DNA of 64,000 nucleotides from Lepidodermella squamata (GCA_047495785.1 JBLDXI010000029.1:682001-746000); one strand, 5' to 3'; shown: positions 1 to 15,000, counted from the stretch's first letter. Program-made: numbers and translations. Notes: generated by a model from the letters alone, not told the origin.

Positions 1-31
1 CTAAAATTTTCTGCCACGTTGTCGAATGTAG

Positions 32-3000
32 CTTGAAGTACGTCCTGGAAAACATGGCTGATAACGCGTCGACCCAGCCGTTATTCCGAGCCCAGTTGGA
101 CCTGCAGGGGAATGAGCCGATTTTCAAGCCTGCGATCCGGAAAGATAAGCCCGGCAGTTTGCTGGCTGTTGTTGAAAATTTGTTGAGTGATATTTTCAAT
201 CAAACTTCGCTGATGCCGAGAATCATCGATTTAGACCAGCCTGAGATGCTGGTTCGGAAAACGCCGTCGAAAATTAACACGAAAAAAGGCGAAAATGGGG
301 AGGAGACTGCGTCGTTAGGCGGCAGCAGCCGGCCCGCCTCTCAGGCCTCGAGCCAACAAAAACCGGGTTATCTCTCAGAAATGGAGACCACCCCGTCGTT
401 GGCTAGTTATCGAAGATCGATAATCAATCGAATTGACGTGGCGCTGAGTTCGGTTGAGGCGTTTCGCGAGTCGCTGGACTCGTATGCCCCGTTGTGGACC
501 GAAGACCGGCAGGAGTCGTTGAATAAATTTTTGAAGGGCGTTGAAATTTCAACGCCTCAGGGTTCGACGTCGGACGCTGGGGTTGTCGAGCGGAAGCTGC
601 CGACGCTGAAAGATTTCAAGGAGCAGATTGATTACTATGAGAAACTGTTCGTCGAGGCTGAGAAGATGGAGGGTACTCAGACTTTCAATCGGTGGCTGCG
701 GCTGGATTTGAGGCCGTTCAGGCAGGCTCTGTTGAATACGATCAAGCGGTGGAGTTTGATCTATAAGCAGCATTTGATCAACCACACGACGAATACGCTG
801 GCTGAGTTGTCGCAATTCATTCAAATGGCCGATGCTGGGCTGGCGAAACAGCCGCAGGAGGGCGATTTACAGGTACGCAAGCTCAATATTGGCATGGGTA
901 TCGAAAATTAAAAAGAAATCGTTACAATTTTAGATTTTAGATTGTAAGACTGATATCAATAGATTCTCTATGGTTTTCGGTTTTCACTATGGTATTTTGC
1001 CGGAAAATTTTCCGATTTCTCCAAGTCGGAAGATGAGTGATAATTTCACTAATTTTGACTGTTGCTATTTTTCCGATTTTTTCTGACAAAATTTGAATGA
1101 TTTTTAGCGGGACCAAATTTTCTGGTGTAGAACGTGGAACCGAATTTCGCAACGGCACCTAGCGTTAACTATTTAAAAACGCCGTTCTTAAATTAATTTT
1201 CAAAACATGTTAACGTCGTGATTTGAAAGCGATGACCAAGCCTTATACTGAAAATCACGGACAATTTTACGATAATGAATTCTCATTTTTATAAATCTTG
1301 AAATTTCAGAAAATTCACAAAACTCATTTTTACCGAATTAATTATTTAAAATTCGGCTCCGATAAAATAAGGCCATTTAAATTAATTTTACTGAAGCCAA
1401 TTCATCGATGAATCAATAGATGGTGTTGAAACTTGCTGTCTGGGAATCTCGATGCAACTCCAATAATTTTGCAAATTCAAAAGTTTAATCCAGCCCATCT
1501 CAAATACATTGAATCTTAGCGTTCTGAATTCGGTTTTTGTTGAATTTTAATTTAATTCAATGATGTATCGAGGATCAAGAAACTCATAATAATCCGATTT
1601 TTAAAGGCCGATGAATTTTATGATTTTGCTCGTAAAAATAATTGCAATGCTCCAATTCTGGTGTAATTAGCCGAAAAGTTTAAACGTTTATTTATGACAC
1701 CAGTGCATTGATTTTCCTATGAATATTTATTCAGGGCCTGGTTCAAGTCATGGGCCACTTGATGGCGATCCGCGATCGTCAACAATCAGCCGAAGACCTA
1801 TTCGAACCGCTGCGCCAGACCGTCGACTTGTTGAAATCCTACGACCAAGAAGTGTCCGAGGACGTGCTGAAACTGCTACAAGAACTGCCTGAAAAGTGGA
1901 ACAACACGCGCAAAGTTTCCATTCAAATGAAGCAAATCGTCGCGCCGCTACAGGCGCTGGAAGTCGCTAACATCCGGCGCAAAGTCGCAGCATTCGACGT
2001 GGAACAGTACAACTTCCGCGAGGTTTTCCGAACCATGGCGGCGTTCCAGTTCAGCTGCCCGAATCCGTACGAAGAACTCGATAAATACCACCTGCGCATC
2101 TACGAATGCGAGCAGTTGGTCGTTGAAATCACGAAATCAGCCTCGCTGTTCGAGGTCCAACTGCCTGATTACCGGCAGATTAAACAATGCCGGCGCGAGT
2201 TGAAGCTCCTAAAACACCTATGGGACTACGCTTACATCGTCTCGATCAGTATTGATGACTGGAAAACAACCCCATGGCTCAAGGTCAACGTTGAAACTAT
2301 GGATATGGACTCGAAGAAATTCGCAAAGGACATTCGAGCTTTCGACAAGGAAACCAGGGCTTGGGATGTTTACACCGGGTTGGAAAATACGGTGAAAAAT
2401 ATGCTGTCGTCGATTCGAGCGGTTGGTGAGTTGCAAAATCCGGCGATTCGCCCTCGCCATTGGCAGCAATTGATGGCTGCGACTGGGGTTAAATTTACCA
2501 TGGACGAAAGTACAACCCTTTCGGACCTTCTCAAGCTGAACCTACACAACTACGAGGAGGAGGTTAAGAATATTGTTGATAAATCTGTGAAGGAAATGGG
2601 TATGGAAAAGGTTCTGGGCGAGCTTGATGTTACGTGGTCTCAAATGGAGTTCGAACATATCAAACATTCCCGGACTCAGTTGACTTTACTTCAAGTTTCC
2701 GAGACCCTCGTCGAGGCGCTGGAGGAGAATCAAGTTCAGTTGCAGAATATGCTGACGTCCAAGTATATTGCGCATTTTCTTGAGCAAGTTTCAACGTGGC
2801 AGAAGAAACTGGCGCAGGCCGATCAGGTGATTACGATTTGGATGGAGGTGCAGCGGACTTGGTCGAATTTGGAATCGATTTTCATCGGTTCGGAGGATAT
2901 TCGCAAGCAGCTGCCCGAAGATTCGGCTCGTTTCGATCGCATTGACACGGATTTCAGGAGTCTCATTGCCGAGGTAAGCTTGTTCACTGAATATAAAGGG

Positions 3001-6000
3001 TCCATATAATTGTTTGCCACATTAAAATTGAGTCTGCAACGCCTAATTTTGGCTTCGCAGCACGCCAATTTCGGATTATTGTTGCCATTAGAAAATTTGC
3101 TGGGATCCAGAATTCTTTTTATTCTGATTATTCTGATTAGCGAATGATTTTAGAAATCTTGTTGACAAATGTTAACGCGGTTATTCGTCCGACGTTTCGG
3201 TTATTTTCTATAACCATCTTCAGGGAAAATATTTGAAAAATCAGGTCAAATTGGAAGTCAAGTGTATTCAAGATGAATGTTTTGATCTAATTGCGATCTA
3301 ATTTTCTCATTTACGTGTTTTGAATTGTTCGTTTTATTTGAACGGTGAAGAAATGTTGATGCCGCCTAAATATAAGTTTATTTTAATTTTATTGACCGTT
3401 TTAGTCTTGGCAGCTTGGCAATTACCACCAAACGAATTCATATTGAATAAATAATTCTAAAATATAAAATTCGGATGAGAATTGTTTTCCGCCGCCGCTC
3501 GATCATCTAAAAACCGTTTGATATTGCGCAGGGCCGGATTAACATTCAGGTCCTCCATGGGCATTTTCTTGTTTTCCCTGAAAAAAACCAGTTTTTCTTA
3601 CCTAGAACAATGATCAAAGTTAATCTCCTCAATTTCCTGATTTTCACCAGGAATAGAGGTTTCTTAAGCAACACTTCCTTTTAATTAAATTTTTCTTTGG
3701 CATTTTGTTGCTTCAAGCGATCTATTCAGACACAGCTGGAGTTGAAGTTTAAAAATGCCTTCCATTCTTACCTTGCGAAGCGAGAAATTTTTGGAAGAAT
3801 ATTCCCGAAAATCTTGAACTGAATCAGGGATCTCCTTACTTTTCCCGTTGTTGATTGAGGGAAGAGGATTCAACTCTCATCTATTTTGTATTCAAATGAT
3901 TTTATGCTTGTTTAAAAAACTCGAGTAATGATGAAAGAAATTGTACGTTAGTTGATGCCTTATCGAGCAAATTTGCAGCAAAAAATCAAAATGTGCACAT
4001 CGTTCACATTTGCAAAGCTTGACGGCCGAATCGGGGTCAAAAATAATTTTAAAAGCGGACTTTTCTTAATTTTTTGGTGGCACGTGCCCGCTGTTAATCC
4101 GGTCGTCGTGCGTCGTAGCTCGAAATGAATGACGCAACAGTCGAGAAACAGACCCTTGATATGCACTGTGTCGCCATTGAGTTTCATGCTCAGTTCATTT
4201 AAAGAGCTGAAATTTCGATCTGCTAATATTTTTTAGGTTGAAACTACGAAAAATGCTTTGTTGGCCACATCCAAGCCACGGCTGTATGAACGCCTTGAAG
4301 AAATTCAGAAGCAGCTCAGCCTATGCGAAAAAGCGCTGGCTGACTACATGGAAACGAAACGACTCGCCTTCCCACGATTCTACTTCGTCTCAACCGCCGA
4401 TTTGTTGGACATTCTGTCGAACGGCAACCAGCCCGAAATGGTCGCAAGGCATTTAACTAAGCTGTTCGACTCGATGGGCAAGCTCAAATTCAACGTTGAC
4501 GATAAGGTTGGTTAAATTCGATTTTCAAAAATTCGAAGTTCGAAATTAAAAAATTACCCGGAATTTCTTGATTTTATTTTAAAAATTGGAAATTATTTGA
4601 ATTTTTTATTTAAAATTCATGAAAAATTAATTTTGAATATTTAAATTTAAATTTTCAAAAATTTAGTAATTCTCTCGGTGTATTCAATTGATATAATTTT
4701 TCATAATTTTGTTTAATGTAGGGAAAAACGACTAAACTGGCGAATACAATGTTCGCCAAAGACGGCGAGCCCGTAACTCTTTCGAACATCTGCGATTGCA
4801 GCGGCGAGGTTGAAGTTTGGCTAAACCGCCTGCTGACCGAGCAGCGAGCCACAGTTCGGCACTATTTGACCGATGCCGTTGCGACTTACGAAGAAAAGCC
4901 GCGTGACCAGTGGATTTTCGATAATCCGGCCCAGGTCGCCCTTACTGGATCGCAAATTGTCTGGACAACTGAGGTCAACTTGGCGTTTGCTCGGCTGGAG
5001 GAAGGCTACGAAAACGCGTTGAAGGACTACAACAAAAAACAGGTAATTTTACGAATTTCATGAATTATTAGAAATTATTTTGAATTCTTGAATTTAATTT
5101 GTTGTTGAAAATTGTTTTAAATTTCCTGAAAATTACTGATTCCAGATTCAGCTCTGCAATTGAAGAAAAAAGCATAAATTTATCAATTTTTAAAATTGGT
5201 AAATTTTTTTAGAATTTTCGACCGAATTTTAATTTTAAACCTTTGAAAAATTGGTTAAGATGCCAAAACTTGCTATGAAGAATTTTTTATTTTGAAACAT
5301 TTTTTTCTTAATTTTTTCCATTTTTTCAGGTCGCCCAGCTGAACCAGTTGATCACGCATTTGCTCGGCCAGTTGACGAAAGGCGACCGGCAAAAAATCTG
5401 TACAATCTGCACAATCGACGTCCACGCGCGTGATGTCGTGCTGAAAATGATCGCCTCTAAGGTGGAAAGCGGCGCCGCTTTCATGTGGCTGTCCCAACTG
5501 CGCCACCGCTGGGACGACACGCAAAAGCACTGCTTCGCCAACATTTGCGACGCGCAGTTTCGCTACGACTACGAATATCTAGGCAACACGCCTCGGCTGG
5601 TCATCACGCCGCTGACGGATCGTTGCTACATCACCCTGACCCAAAGTCTTCATTTGATCATGGGTGGCGCCCCGGCCGGGCCAGCCGGTACGGGCAAAAC
5701 CGAGACGACAAAAGATTTGGGCAAAGCGCTCGGCATTATGGTCTATGTGTTCAATTGTTCTGAGCAGATGGATTACAAGAGTTTGGGCAACATCTACAAG
5801 GGTCTGGCTCAGTCTGGCGCGTGGGGCTGTTTCGATGAGTTCAACCGCATTTCCGTTGAGGTGTTGTCCGTCGTCGCTGTTCAGGTCAAGTCGATCCAGG
5901 ACGCGATTCGCAACAAACGGCAGCGGTTCAATTTCTTGGGCGAGGACATTTCGCTGGTTCCGACTGTTGGCATTGTAAGTATTTTTCTTTACGTCTAATT

Positions 6001-9000
6001 GTAAGCTACTCCAAAATTTTTTAGTATCCTCGAAAATTGGAAATAATTTGGAAATAATTAGAATGATAAATCATGATTTTAAGTGTTTGATCTCGATAAT
6101 TTTTGGAATTCTGTAAATATCAGAAAATTTCAATTCGAACTTTTTTGTTAAGTTTATAATTTCTCCAATAGTTTAATGATGAATATTCTGTCACACCAGG
6201 AAGCAACCTTTCAAATTATTTATTCGAGTTCAGCGTCCAAAATTAAATTGCCATGTTTTCAGAATCTTTATCAGTTATAATCAAAACTTAAGCATATAAA
6301 AAATAGCGTGAGAGCTTGAGAATCAGAATATCTGTTAGCGGAACCAAATCGGCATGTTGCGAAACCTAATTTTAGATAACAAAAAGGTCGCTTTTCGAAT
6401 ATTTCTACGAAATTAAGGCAATGTATGAATTCTATAGTGGAGAATGAGTCATTTACAGAATTTTAGGCTGAATTTAAAATTATGCCGATCAATAATGGCA
6501 TCTTTCAAAGTTTCGAAAAGTTTTAAGCCCATTGAGAACTCGAAAATTTGATTCCGCTACAGTCAAATTTGGTTACGCTAGAAGTAAGGCACCTTGAGAC
6601 TTGGGAATTTGGCGAAAAAAGTTTCGAAAACTAGTTTGGCAGTGGCACTTTGAATTCTAATAATTCTTTGAGCTACGGTACTGACTCTGTTTTATTATTG
6701 TTATGGAATGTATTTGAAAATCACCAGGGGCTGGGAGAGTCGAGAATCTGGAGAACAGTAGAATCAAGGGGGCGCAACAAGTAAGAAAGAGTTATGTCTC
6801 TCGGTGTCTTTAACGACCAGGTCCTCGTCCACGTCATCCACCTGGTCAGTTTTGAAGCAGCGCGTTACGGCAGTAAGATATTCAAAAACCTCGTCGGGGG
6901 TCCAGATAACCTCTATCGGGTGGGTAGTTGCCTGGTCATTATTCCACGGGAAGCCTTGTATACCATCTTGCTCGGCGAATTATTAATTTTCAGCAACATT
7001 GACAGTTTTGGGGCGTAACATTCAATTAATTTTAAATCGAAGATGGGATCGTTAAACTGGATCATCTCCGAGAAATGCGGATAAAGCAGACAGAAGAAAT
7101 GGGGTCAACTTCAACAATTGGGGTGTCAGGCCTTTTTAGCCACATCGTATGACCAAAGCGGGAACAGAAAACCCGACAAAACAGCGTGAAAAGTTGCATA
7201 ATTGAATTGAATGAAGGCGGCTCCATTGAGCAACCTGATTTTCAACATTTTGAGGCTTCAGTTGCCATCGCTGCTCTTTATCAGCAGCGGGTACCCGCTG
7301 GGCAGTTTCAGTGGGGCAAGCTATTGAACTAATGGCTACAGCAAGACAAAGCAATTTGGCTAGGATAAGTCGTTGTCAAATCATCTCAGGATAAGGGTGC
7401 TCGTGAACGCTGCGCAATGGATGTTTTCCTCCTCCATTGCGACCATGATGACCCGGGTGTTGGGCTTATCCGCCAACAGGAAGTGCCACTTTCTTTCGGT
7501 TGACAGCAGCTTTTGCACTTCGACGCCGTAGTGTGTTGCCCAATCAGAAGCGTGACCGGCGTCCATCATCCACCCTGGGTGACCTAGGATGGCAACGTGT
7601 TGTGAGTAGTGGACTTGACCGTTAGGTAGATACCGAGTCGGCTGAGGCGGCCGGACAGCTGGACAAGTAGTAACACGTACAGGTACAGGTAGATTGGACG
7701 TTTTGCACGTTTTGCACCAAGAAGTTGGACGAGACATTTGTTAAAAGGACGTATCAGTAATTACTGTCAAAAATTGAACTGAAATATCAATAGAAATAAA
7801 ACAATTTCGACATTTTGATCTCAGTTATAGTACAGTTCCTATAGAGCGTAACTTCTCTATTGTTTCGGGGTGTTTTTAATTTGGTTCTAACCTTTTTTTG
7901 GTTACGGAACCAAATTTCGGAAAATTAATTTACCCATAAAAAATTTTCAAAATTTTCAGGAATTCAATGATTAATTCAAAAAAATTGAATTAAAAAAATT
8001 AAATTCTCCGCGATTTCAGTGTAAGATCTGATCACTTTCAGAGTAGTTATTTTTTTCTTGAATTATTATTGAAAAATAGTTGATGATAGTTCGGGTTTGG
8101 TTATGAAATTTGGTTCCACGACAAGATATTATGTTCAAAAAAAGTTATGAAAAATGTTAATTATTCGATTTTCTTTTATCAATATAGTTTATCACAATGA
8201 ACCCGGGTTACGCCGGTCGAGCTGAACTGCCCGAGAATCTGAAAGCCCTCTTCCGGCCCTGCGCCATGGTCGTGCCAGATTTCGACCTCATCTCCGAAAT
8301 CATGCTCGTCGCCGAGGGCTTCACCGAAGCCAAGTTACTCGCCCGAAAGTTCATCACCCTGTACACGCTATGCCGCGAGCTGCTCTCGAAACAAGACCAC
8401 TACGACTGGGGCCTGCGCGCCATCAAGTCCGTACTCGTCGTAGCCGGGGCGTTGCGACGCGCCGACCCAGACCGCCCGGAAGACCAAGTCCTGATGCGAG
8501 CTCTACGCGACTTCAACATCCCGAAAATCGTGACCGACGACGTGCCAGTCTTCATGGGCCTCATCGGCGATCTATTCCCGGCGCTGGACGTACCCCGAAA
8601 ACGCGACCCACAACTCGAGAAGGACATCAAAGAAGCCGCGATTGCCATGAGACTCCAACCTGAAGATTCGTTCATTTTGAAGGTTGTCCAGCTGCAGGAA
8701 CTACTCGACGTCCGGCATTCAGTCTTCATCCTAGGAAACGCTGGTACCGGGAAGTCTCAAGTCTGGCGAACCCTCCACCGAACCTGGGGCAACCGGAAAA
8801 CGAAACCAACCGCAGTTGATCTAGACCCGAAAGCCGTGACAAACGACGAGTTGTTCGGCATCATCAACCCGGCAACTCGCGAGTGGAAAGACGGCCTGTT
8901 TTCGGTGATCATGCGAGACCTAGCGAACATGACCGGCGATGGGCATAAATGGATCGTGTTGGACGGCGATATCGACCCGATGTGGATTGAATCCCTCAAC

Positions 9001-12000
9001 ACGGTGATGGACGATAACAAAATTTTGACCCTGGCCTCGAACGAACGAATCGCCCTCACGCCGTCGATGCGGCTCGTTTTCGAGATCAACCACCTTAAAA
9101 CCGCAACTCCAGCCACGGTTAGCCGGGCTGGGATTCTCTACCTGAACCCGACAGATCTGGGCTGGGGGCCTTACGTCACGTCATGGCTGGACGGCCGCGA
9201 GGCTCAAGCGGAACGGGCGAATTTGATAATATTTTTCGAAAAGTACGTCCCGCCCTGCTTGGAAATGCTGCGGTCTCGTTTCAAGAAAATCACGCCGACC
9301 ATCCCCGAAATTTCGCATGTCATGATGCTGTGCTACCTGCTTGAATGCATGGAGATTCCGCCCGATTCTACGAAGGATATGTACGAGCAGTATTTCGTTT
9401 TCTGCTGCATCTGGGCGTTCGGCGGGTGCCTGGGCGCTGATCAAATCACCGACTACCGGGTCGAATTTTCGAAGTGGTGGAACACCGAGTTCAAACAGGT
9501 CAAACTGCCGTCGTCGGGTACTTGCTTCGATTTCTTCATCGACCCCGAAAATCGCAAATTTGAGCCGTGGACGAAACGCGTGCCCAAGTTCGAGCTCGAC
9601 CCGGACCGGCCGTTGCAAGCCACGCTGGTTCATACGATTGAAACTACCCGAATTCGGTATTTCCTCGACATGTTGCTAGCCCGAAATCGGCCGGTCATGC
9701 TGGTCGGCAATGCGGGTACGGGCAAGACGGTACTTATGGAGGAGAAGCTGCGGCAGATGGGCGATTCGTGGCTGATTGTTAACGTGCCGTTCAATTTTAT
9801 GACGACGTCGGAGATGCTGCAGCGCGTGTTGGAGAAGCCGCTTGAGAAGAAGGCCGGGCGGAATTACGGCCCGCCTGGCAGCAAACGTCTCATCTACTTC
9901 ATCGATGATGCCAAGTGAGTGCATTTATAAACCGTTTTTTTTACGTTGAAATTCAGGATTTCGTTGTTGATTGTCAAATTTCTAAAAAAAATTATTATTG
10001 AAAATTGTCACAAATTGACAAATAAATTAATGGCCGACCATACATTAAAAAAGAGCAAAATGAGGAAATAGAAAATTATGTATTTATTCATTAGAGCAAA
10101 AAAGTTTCGTTTCGGAAAAACGTCCGTGATAATTACAACAACGAAAGCAGAACAACTAATAAGAGCTAATTAGGGAAATTAAAAGTAAAATTTCGCAATA
10201 TCCAACTACACGGCACGATTTAAGGAGCGATATCGCCAAGCACTGCTGCAATTTCCACCATCGTCCAGTTTTTACTTTTCTTCAATTTGCCGAGAAAAAA
10301 GGTCAGGTGCACCTTTAAAACCGCTCGCGTAACGAAGCGCCGAATTGTTAAAAAGAAGGAAAGAGAATTGAGACTCAAAAGAAAGTGAAATTGAAAACTG
10401 GACGATAATGACAAAAACACTCATTATTTTTTTGAAAGCCAATTTATTCTTTTAAAAATCAGTCGCACGACTGCAATTTAAAAATTAGAATGGGGATTGG
10501 AATAGTTTTCAGCAAGTATAAAATTGATTGTGATTATTCAATGGCCTTCGTTAAGAGGCACCATGTGTGCTAAAGACCTGAGGTATTGAAGGTGTGGTAG
10601 ATTGTTTGTGCTTGCCATGATGTTCATGATACGGCGAGTCAAGTCGCGGTACCGCTGAGTTCCTACCGGTCGCCCGTTCCCGCCCAATGCAGCCGCGATT
10701 TCGCCAATTTCCCGGCACTTCTTTAATTCTACAAAAAAAAGGTGTTGAAAGTTTGATGGTGAGTATTAAGAAGCTTGTTGCAGGCGCTGTTCCAGGCTTC
10801 CGTGTCGTTATTCGAGCGTGTTGAGCGGTTAGGCTAATCCGATTTGGTTGCGACCCTTCACTGATTGGCAAAGTATCCAGCACCGAACCACATACAATAA
10901 TTTTTACTACTCGAGAAATGTATCGACATTTTTCAATTTCTCCTAAAATTTCCAGTTCCATTTATGATATTTTTGTAAGCGGTTGTATTGAACAATTTTA
11001 TTAAAATATTTTGGTATTAATTTTTTTATATTTTTTCCTAAATAATTACGTAAATAATTTAATGATTTTTCGTTTTTTCGTAGCATGCCTATGGTTGATC
11101 AATACTTCACCGTCCAACCGCACACGCTGCTGCGCCAGCACATCGACTACGGCCACTGGTACGACCGAACAAAACTCTCCCTGAAAGAAATCCACAACAC
11201 GCAGTACGTGGCGTGCATGAACCCAACAGCCGGCAGTTTCACGATCAACGCCCGGCTACAGCGCCATTTCTGCGTATTCGCCGTCAGTTTCCCAGGCCAA
11301 GAAGCCGTCCAATCGATCTACCAAGCCATTCTAACGCAGCATCTTCAAAACGGCAACTTCCCAGCGCCATGCATTAAATACGCCAATCAAATTGTGAGCG
11401 CGGCCCAGACACTGCACGGCCGAATGTCCCAAGCCTTCCTGCCAACCGCCGTTAAATTCCACTACATCTTCAATTTACGAGACTTATCAAACGTTTTCCA
11501 AGGCCTGTTGTTCTCAACGCCGGACTGCGTTAAAACCCCACTGGAACTGGCCCGTCTGTGGATGCACGAATCGCAGCGCGTCTACGGCGATAAATTGATC
11601 GAACCGACTGATCTCGAAAATTTCGAACGCGTCGTGCGAGATGTTGCGAAGAAGACTTTCGAAGACCTGGACGAGGCTCAAGTTTCGAATAAACCGCTCA
11701 TTTTCTGCCATTTCGCGCAGGGCATCGGCGATCCGAAGTACCTGCCCATCAATTCTTGGCCGATGTTGAGCAAATTGTTGAACGACGCGTTGGATTCGTA
11801 TAACGAGTTGAATTCAGCCATGAATCTTGTCCTGTTCGAGGACGCCATGTCCCACATTTGTCGAATCAACAGAATTCTGGAGAGCCCGCGTGGTAATGCC
11901 TTACTGGTCGGAGTTGGTGGGTCTGGCAAGCAGTCGCTGTCTCGCCTGGCCGCGTTCATTTCCAGCCTCGAGGTGTTTCAAATCACGCTGCGTAAGGGCT

Positions 12001-15000
12001 ATGGTCTCGTCGATTTGAGGGCCGATCTTGCGCAGTTGTATTTGAAAACTGGCATGAAAAATATTGGCATGATGTTTTTGATGACGGATGGCCAAGTTGC
12101 GGATGAGGTGTTCCTTGTGCTGATCAACGATTTGCTGGCGAGTGGTGAAATTGCGGATCTGTTGCCCGATGATGAGGTCGAGAACATCATTGGCGCTATG
12201 CGGTCTGAGGTGAAATCGATTGGCCTCGAGGATACGCGTGAAAATTGCTGGAAATTCTACATCGACAAGGTCAGCGATTTCAATAAAATTTGAATTGAAT
12301 TTGTGAAATTTTTTAAATTTTTCGAATTTTTTAAATCAAGTTTTAAATTTTACCGATTTTAATTTTGATAAACTTGGGAATTCGGTACGATAATTGATAA
12401 ATTTGAAGAATTCAATATTTCAACTTAATATCAATATTAACGTGGCCAGACAATAGGGCGGGCACATAAGGGCGCCAGACATGAGGGCGTAGGCTAGAAG
12501 AGCGCTGGGAGGGGGTGGTGGTGCGGTTCCAGCTGTTGGAGCTGAAATTGTTAGCGAGGAGCTTGAGCTGCCATTAGTTGCTCCAGTAGCCGGTGAATTT
12601 GATATTTGCCCGGAGCTTGGAGCAGCGGTTGCAAAGCTATTGGTCGAAGGTTGGGCGGCCGAGCAGCATTCACCAATGGCATGGGTAGTGGCTGCAAGAC
12701 TGAAGGCTGCCGCGGTTCTGCTAAGCCGGGCCTGGTACCGCTTGGTTAGCGACAGGCAGATGTTGAGCCTTGAAGTATTTTAGGGCAGCTTTTATCGAAA
12801 TAGAGAGACAACTTGGTCATGTCTTCAGGAGTAATTGCGGGATGTGCAGGGTCAGGCCGAGCGCCAACCTCCTTCGCGAATTGTTGGCAACGGGCCAAGA
12901 GGATGCGTTTGGCCGGAAGAAATTTTTTATCATTAGCAATATCAATATCTCTGTGGACATCCGGACCAACTAGATAACGTTGTATGCCAGCACTAATAGC
13001 AAGTAGGCTTCTCTCCGAAAATAACTGTGGCCGGCGTGACAAAAAATCCCCGTATGAGGCAATCTATTGATATCAGGAGGCATCATGGGATCACGATTGT
13101 ACACCAAAAAAAGCGGCGAAAACTTGTAGTGCTGGAATGCCGTTTCACCCTGAACGCAAAAATGACCCGATCCAGGACATCGGGACAATCATGCATATGA
13201 TTAGCAGTTGTTGTTTTGATTGGCTTCACTTGATTCTCTACCGAGCCATTAGCCCTAAAAGATGCGTAACTGGTATAAATATTCGACGATATCTCAATTT
13301 TTCACCTTCTCCTCATTGTTTAATTAAATTGGAACGATGCGTAATTGAAAAAGAAACGCAAACGAAATCGAAAACTAATGCCAAGTGCAATTGTGGGCGT
13401 TCAAATTGATCGTAACGTTTTCCCCGTTGACCGGATAGCCCCGTTAACTTATTGACCAACGCTAGCGGAGAAAGGTCCCCCTTTAACCGCCGTTGATGGT
13501 TCGACGATAAAGTGATCTTCGTCGTCGTCGACGACAATTTCCGCCTTGATGGAAGCAGCCGATCAAATCATCCGCGAACCCATCGACAGGTGTTGAAAAA
13601 TCTTAAGGCTTTTCGATTTGGATTCGGAAATCTTAAGGCTTCGGGATCCTGCTCTATCGATGTTCTATCATGTTAGAACCCTGTTCCCTGTTGTCCCCTT
13701 TTCCCTGTTGATTTCGATGACTTGCTGTCGTCTGACTTCTTCTTAGATTTACCTTGTTCTCTTATTCTCTTACCTTATTCTCAGACGAGCTGTCCTTTTG
13801 TGGCTTTTTGCCACGCTTATTCTTGTGTTCAGACGTTTTTGCATCGCCGTCTTCAGTCTTCTTGTTTGAGGATTTGGGCATCGAAGAGGAAGCCGAGCCA
13901 TTGGCAACCCTCGCCGTGTAATAATCGCGTAGTTTGGACTTAAACTTCTGGTTCCAGCATGAATCTAGGGTTTGAATAAATTTTGTCCAGCCGTTGGTGA
14001 ATGAGGCTTGGAAAATTTAGGAAGGGAAGTTTAGAAAGGAAGCCATTTTCTTCTGATAGGGCCCTCCATCTGCGGCCGTCAAGCTCGAAGAATCAGCCTG
14101 AACAACTATCTCGGCGTTCTTCTTCCTGCGTCCACGTCTGATTGTTGATAAAAAACGCCTAATTTTTCCCATCACGAAACAAGCAAACAGGTGTTTCCGG
14201 TTTCCGCATGACCGACTCTTCAAAAATAAAGCATCGAAATGACCTTCAGTGCAGGTGCGAAGTACAGGGATGTTAGAGTTAAGAAATCACGCATAAGAAT
14301 TTCAAAATATTACAAATTTCTTTCTAAGATTGGGAAAAATAATTTGGACCTAAAATTATAATAATTGATAGTTTCAATTTTTTAATAAATCCAAAATCTG
14401 ACAATGTTTCGATATTATTATTTAACGTTATTGAAAGCATGAATCATTTTGAAAATTGAATTTTTTTCGAATTCAATAATTTTTCGAAAATTTGAAAACT
14501 TGATTTTTTTAGGTTCGAAAATCGTTGAAAGTCGTGCTGTGCTTTTCGCCGGTCGGCAACACGCTGCGCGTTCGAGCCCGCAAATTCCCGGCCGTGGTCA
14601 ACTGCACGCAGATCGACTGGTTCCTCGAGTGGCCGGAACAGGCGCTCGTCTCCGTCAGCAAGCGCTTCCTCGACGACGTCGAACTGCTGTCGCCGGACCA
14701 GCGCGACTCCATCGCCACGTTCATGGCCTTCGTGCACAAGTCCGTCAACGACATGTCCGCAGTCTACCTGCAAAACGACCGCCGGCACAACTATACGACC
14801 CCGAAATCATTTCTCGAACAAATCACGCTGTACCGAAATTTACTGGCCAGGAAACACCACGAGCTTATCGCGAGCAAAAATCGACTCGAAAATGGTCTGC
14901 AAAAATTGCGAAGTGCCTCGTCACAGGTCGATGATTTGAAGGACAAACTCGCGGCTCAGGAGGTGATTCTCAAGGAGAAGAACGAAGCGGGTGAGAAGTT

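Noticed and set aside
9901-9920. Premature stops ending dynein ORFs (e.g. IDDAK*)
   Set aside because: Each stop lies just past a GT donor; splicing restores the conserved frame (IDDAN|MP), so the gene is not a pseudogene.
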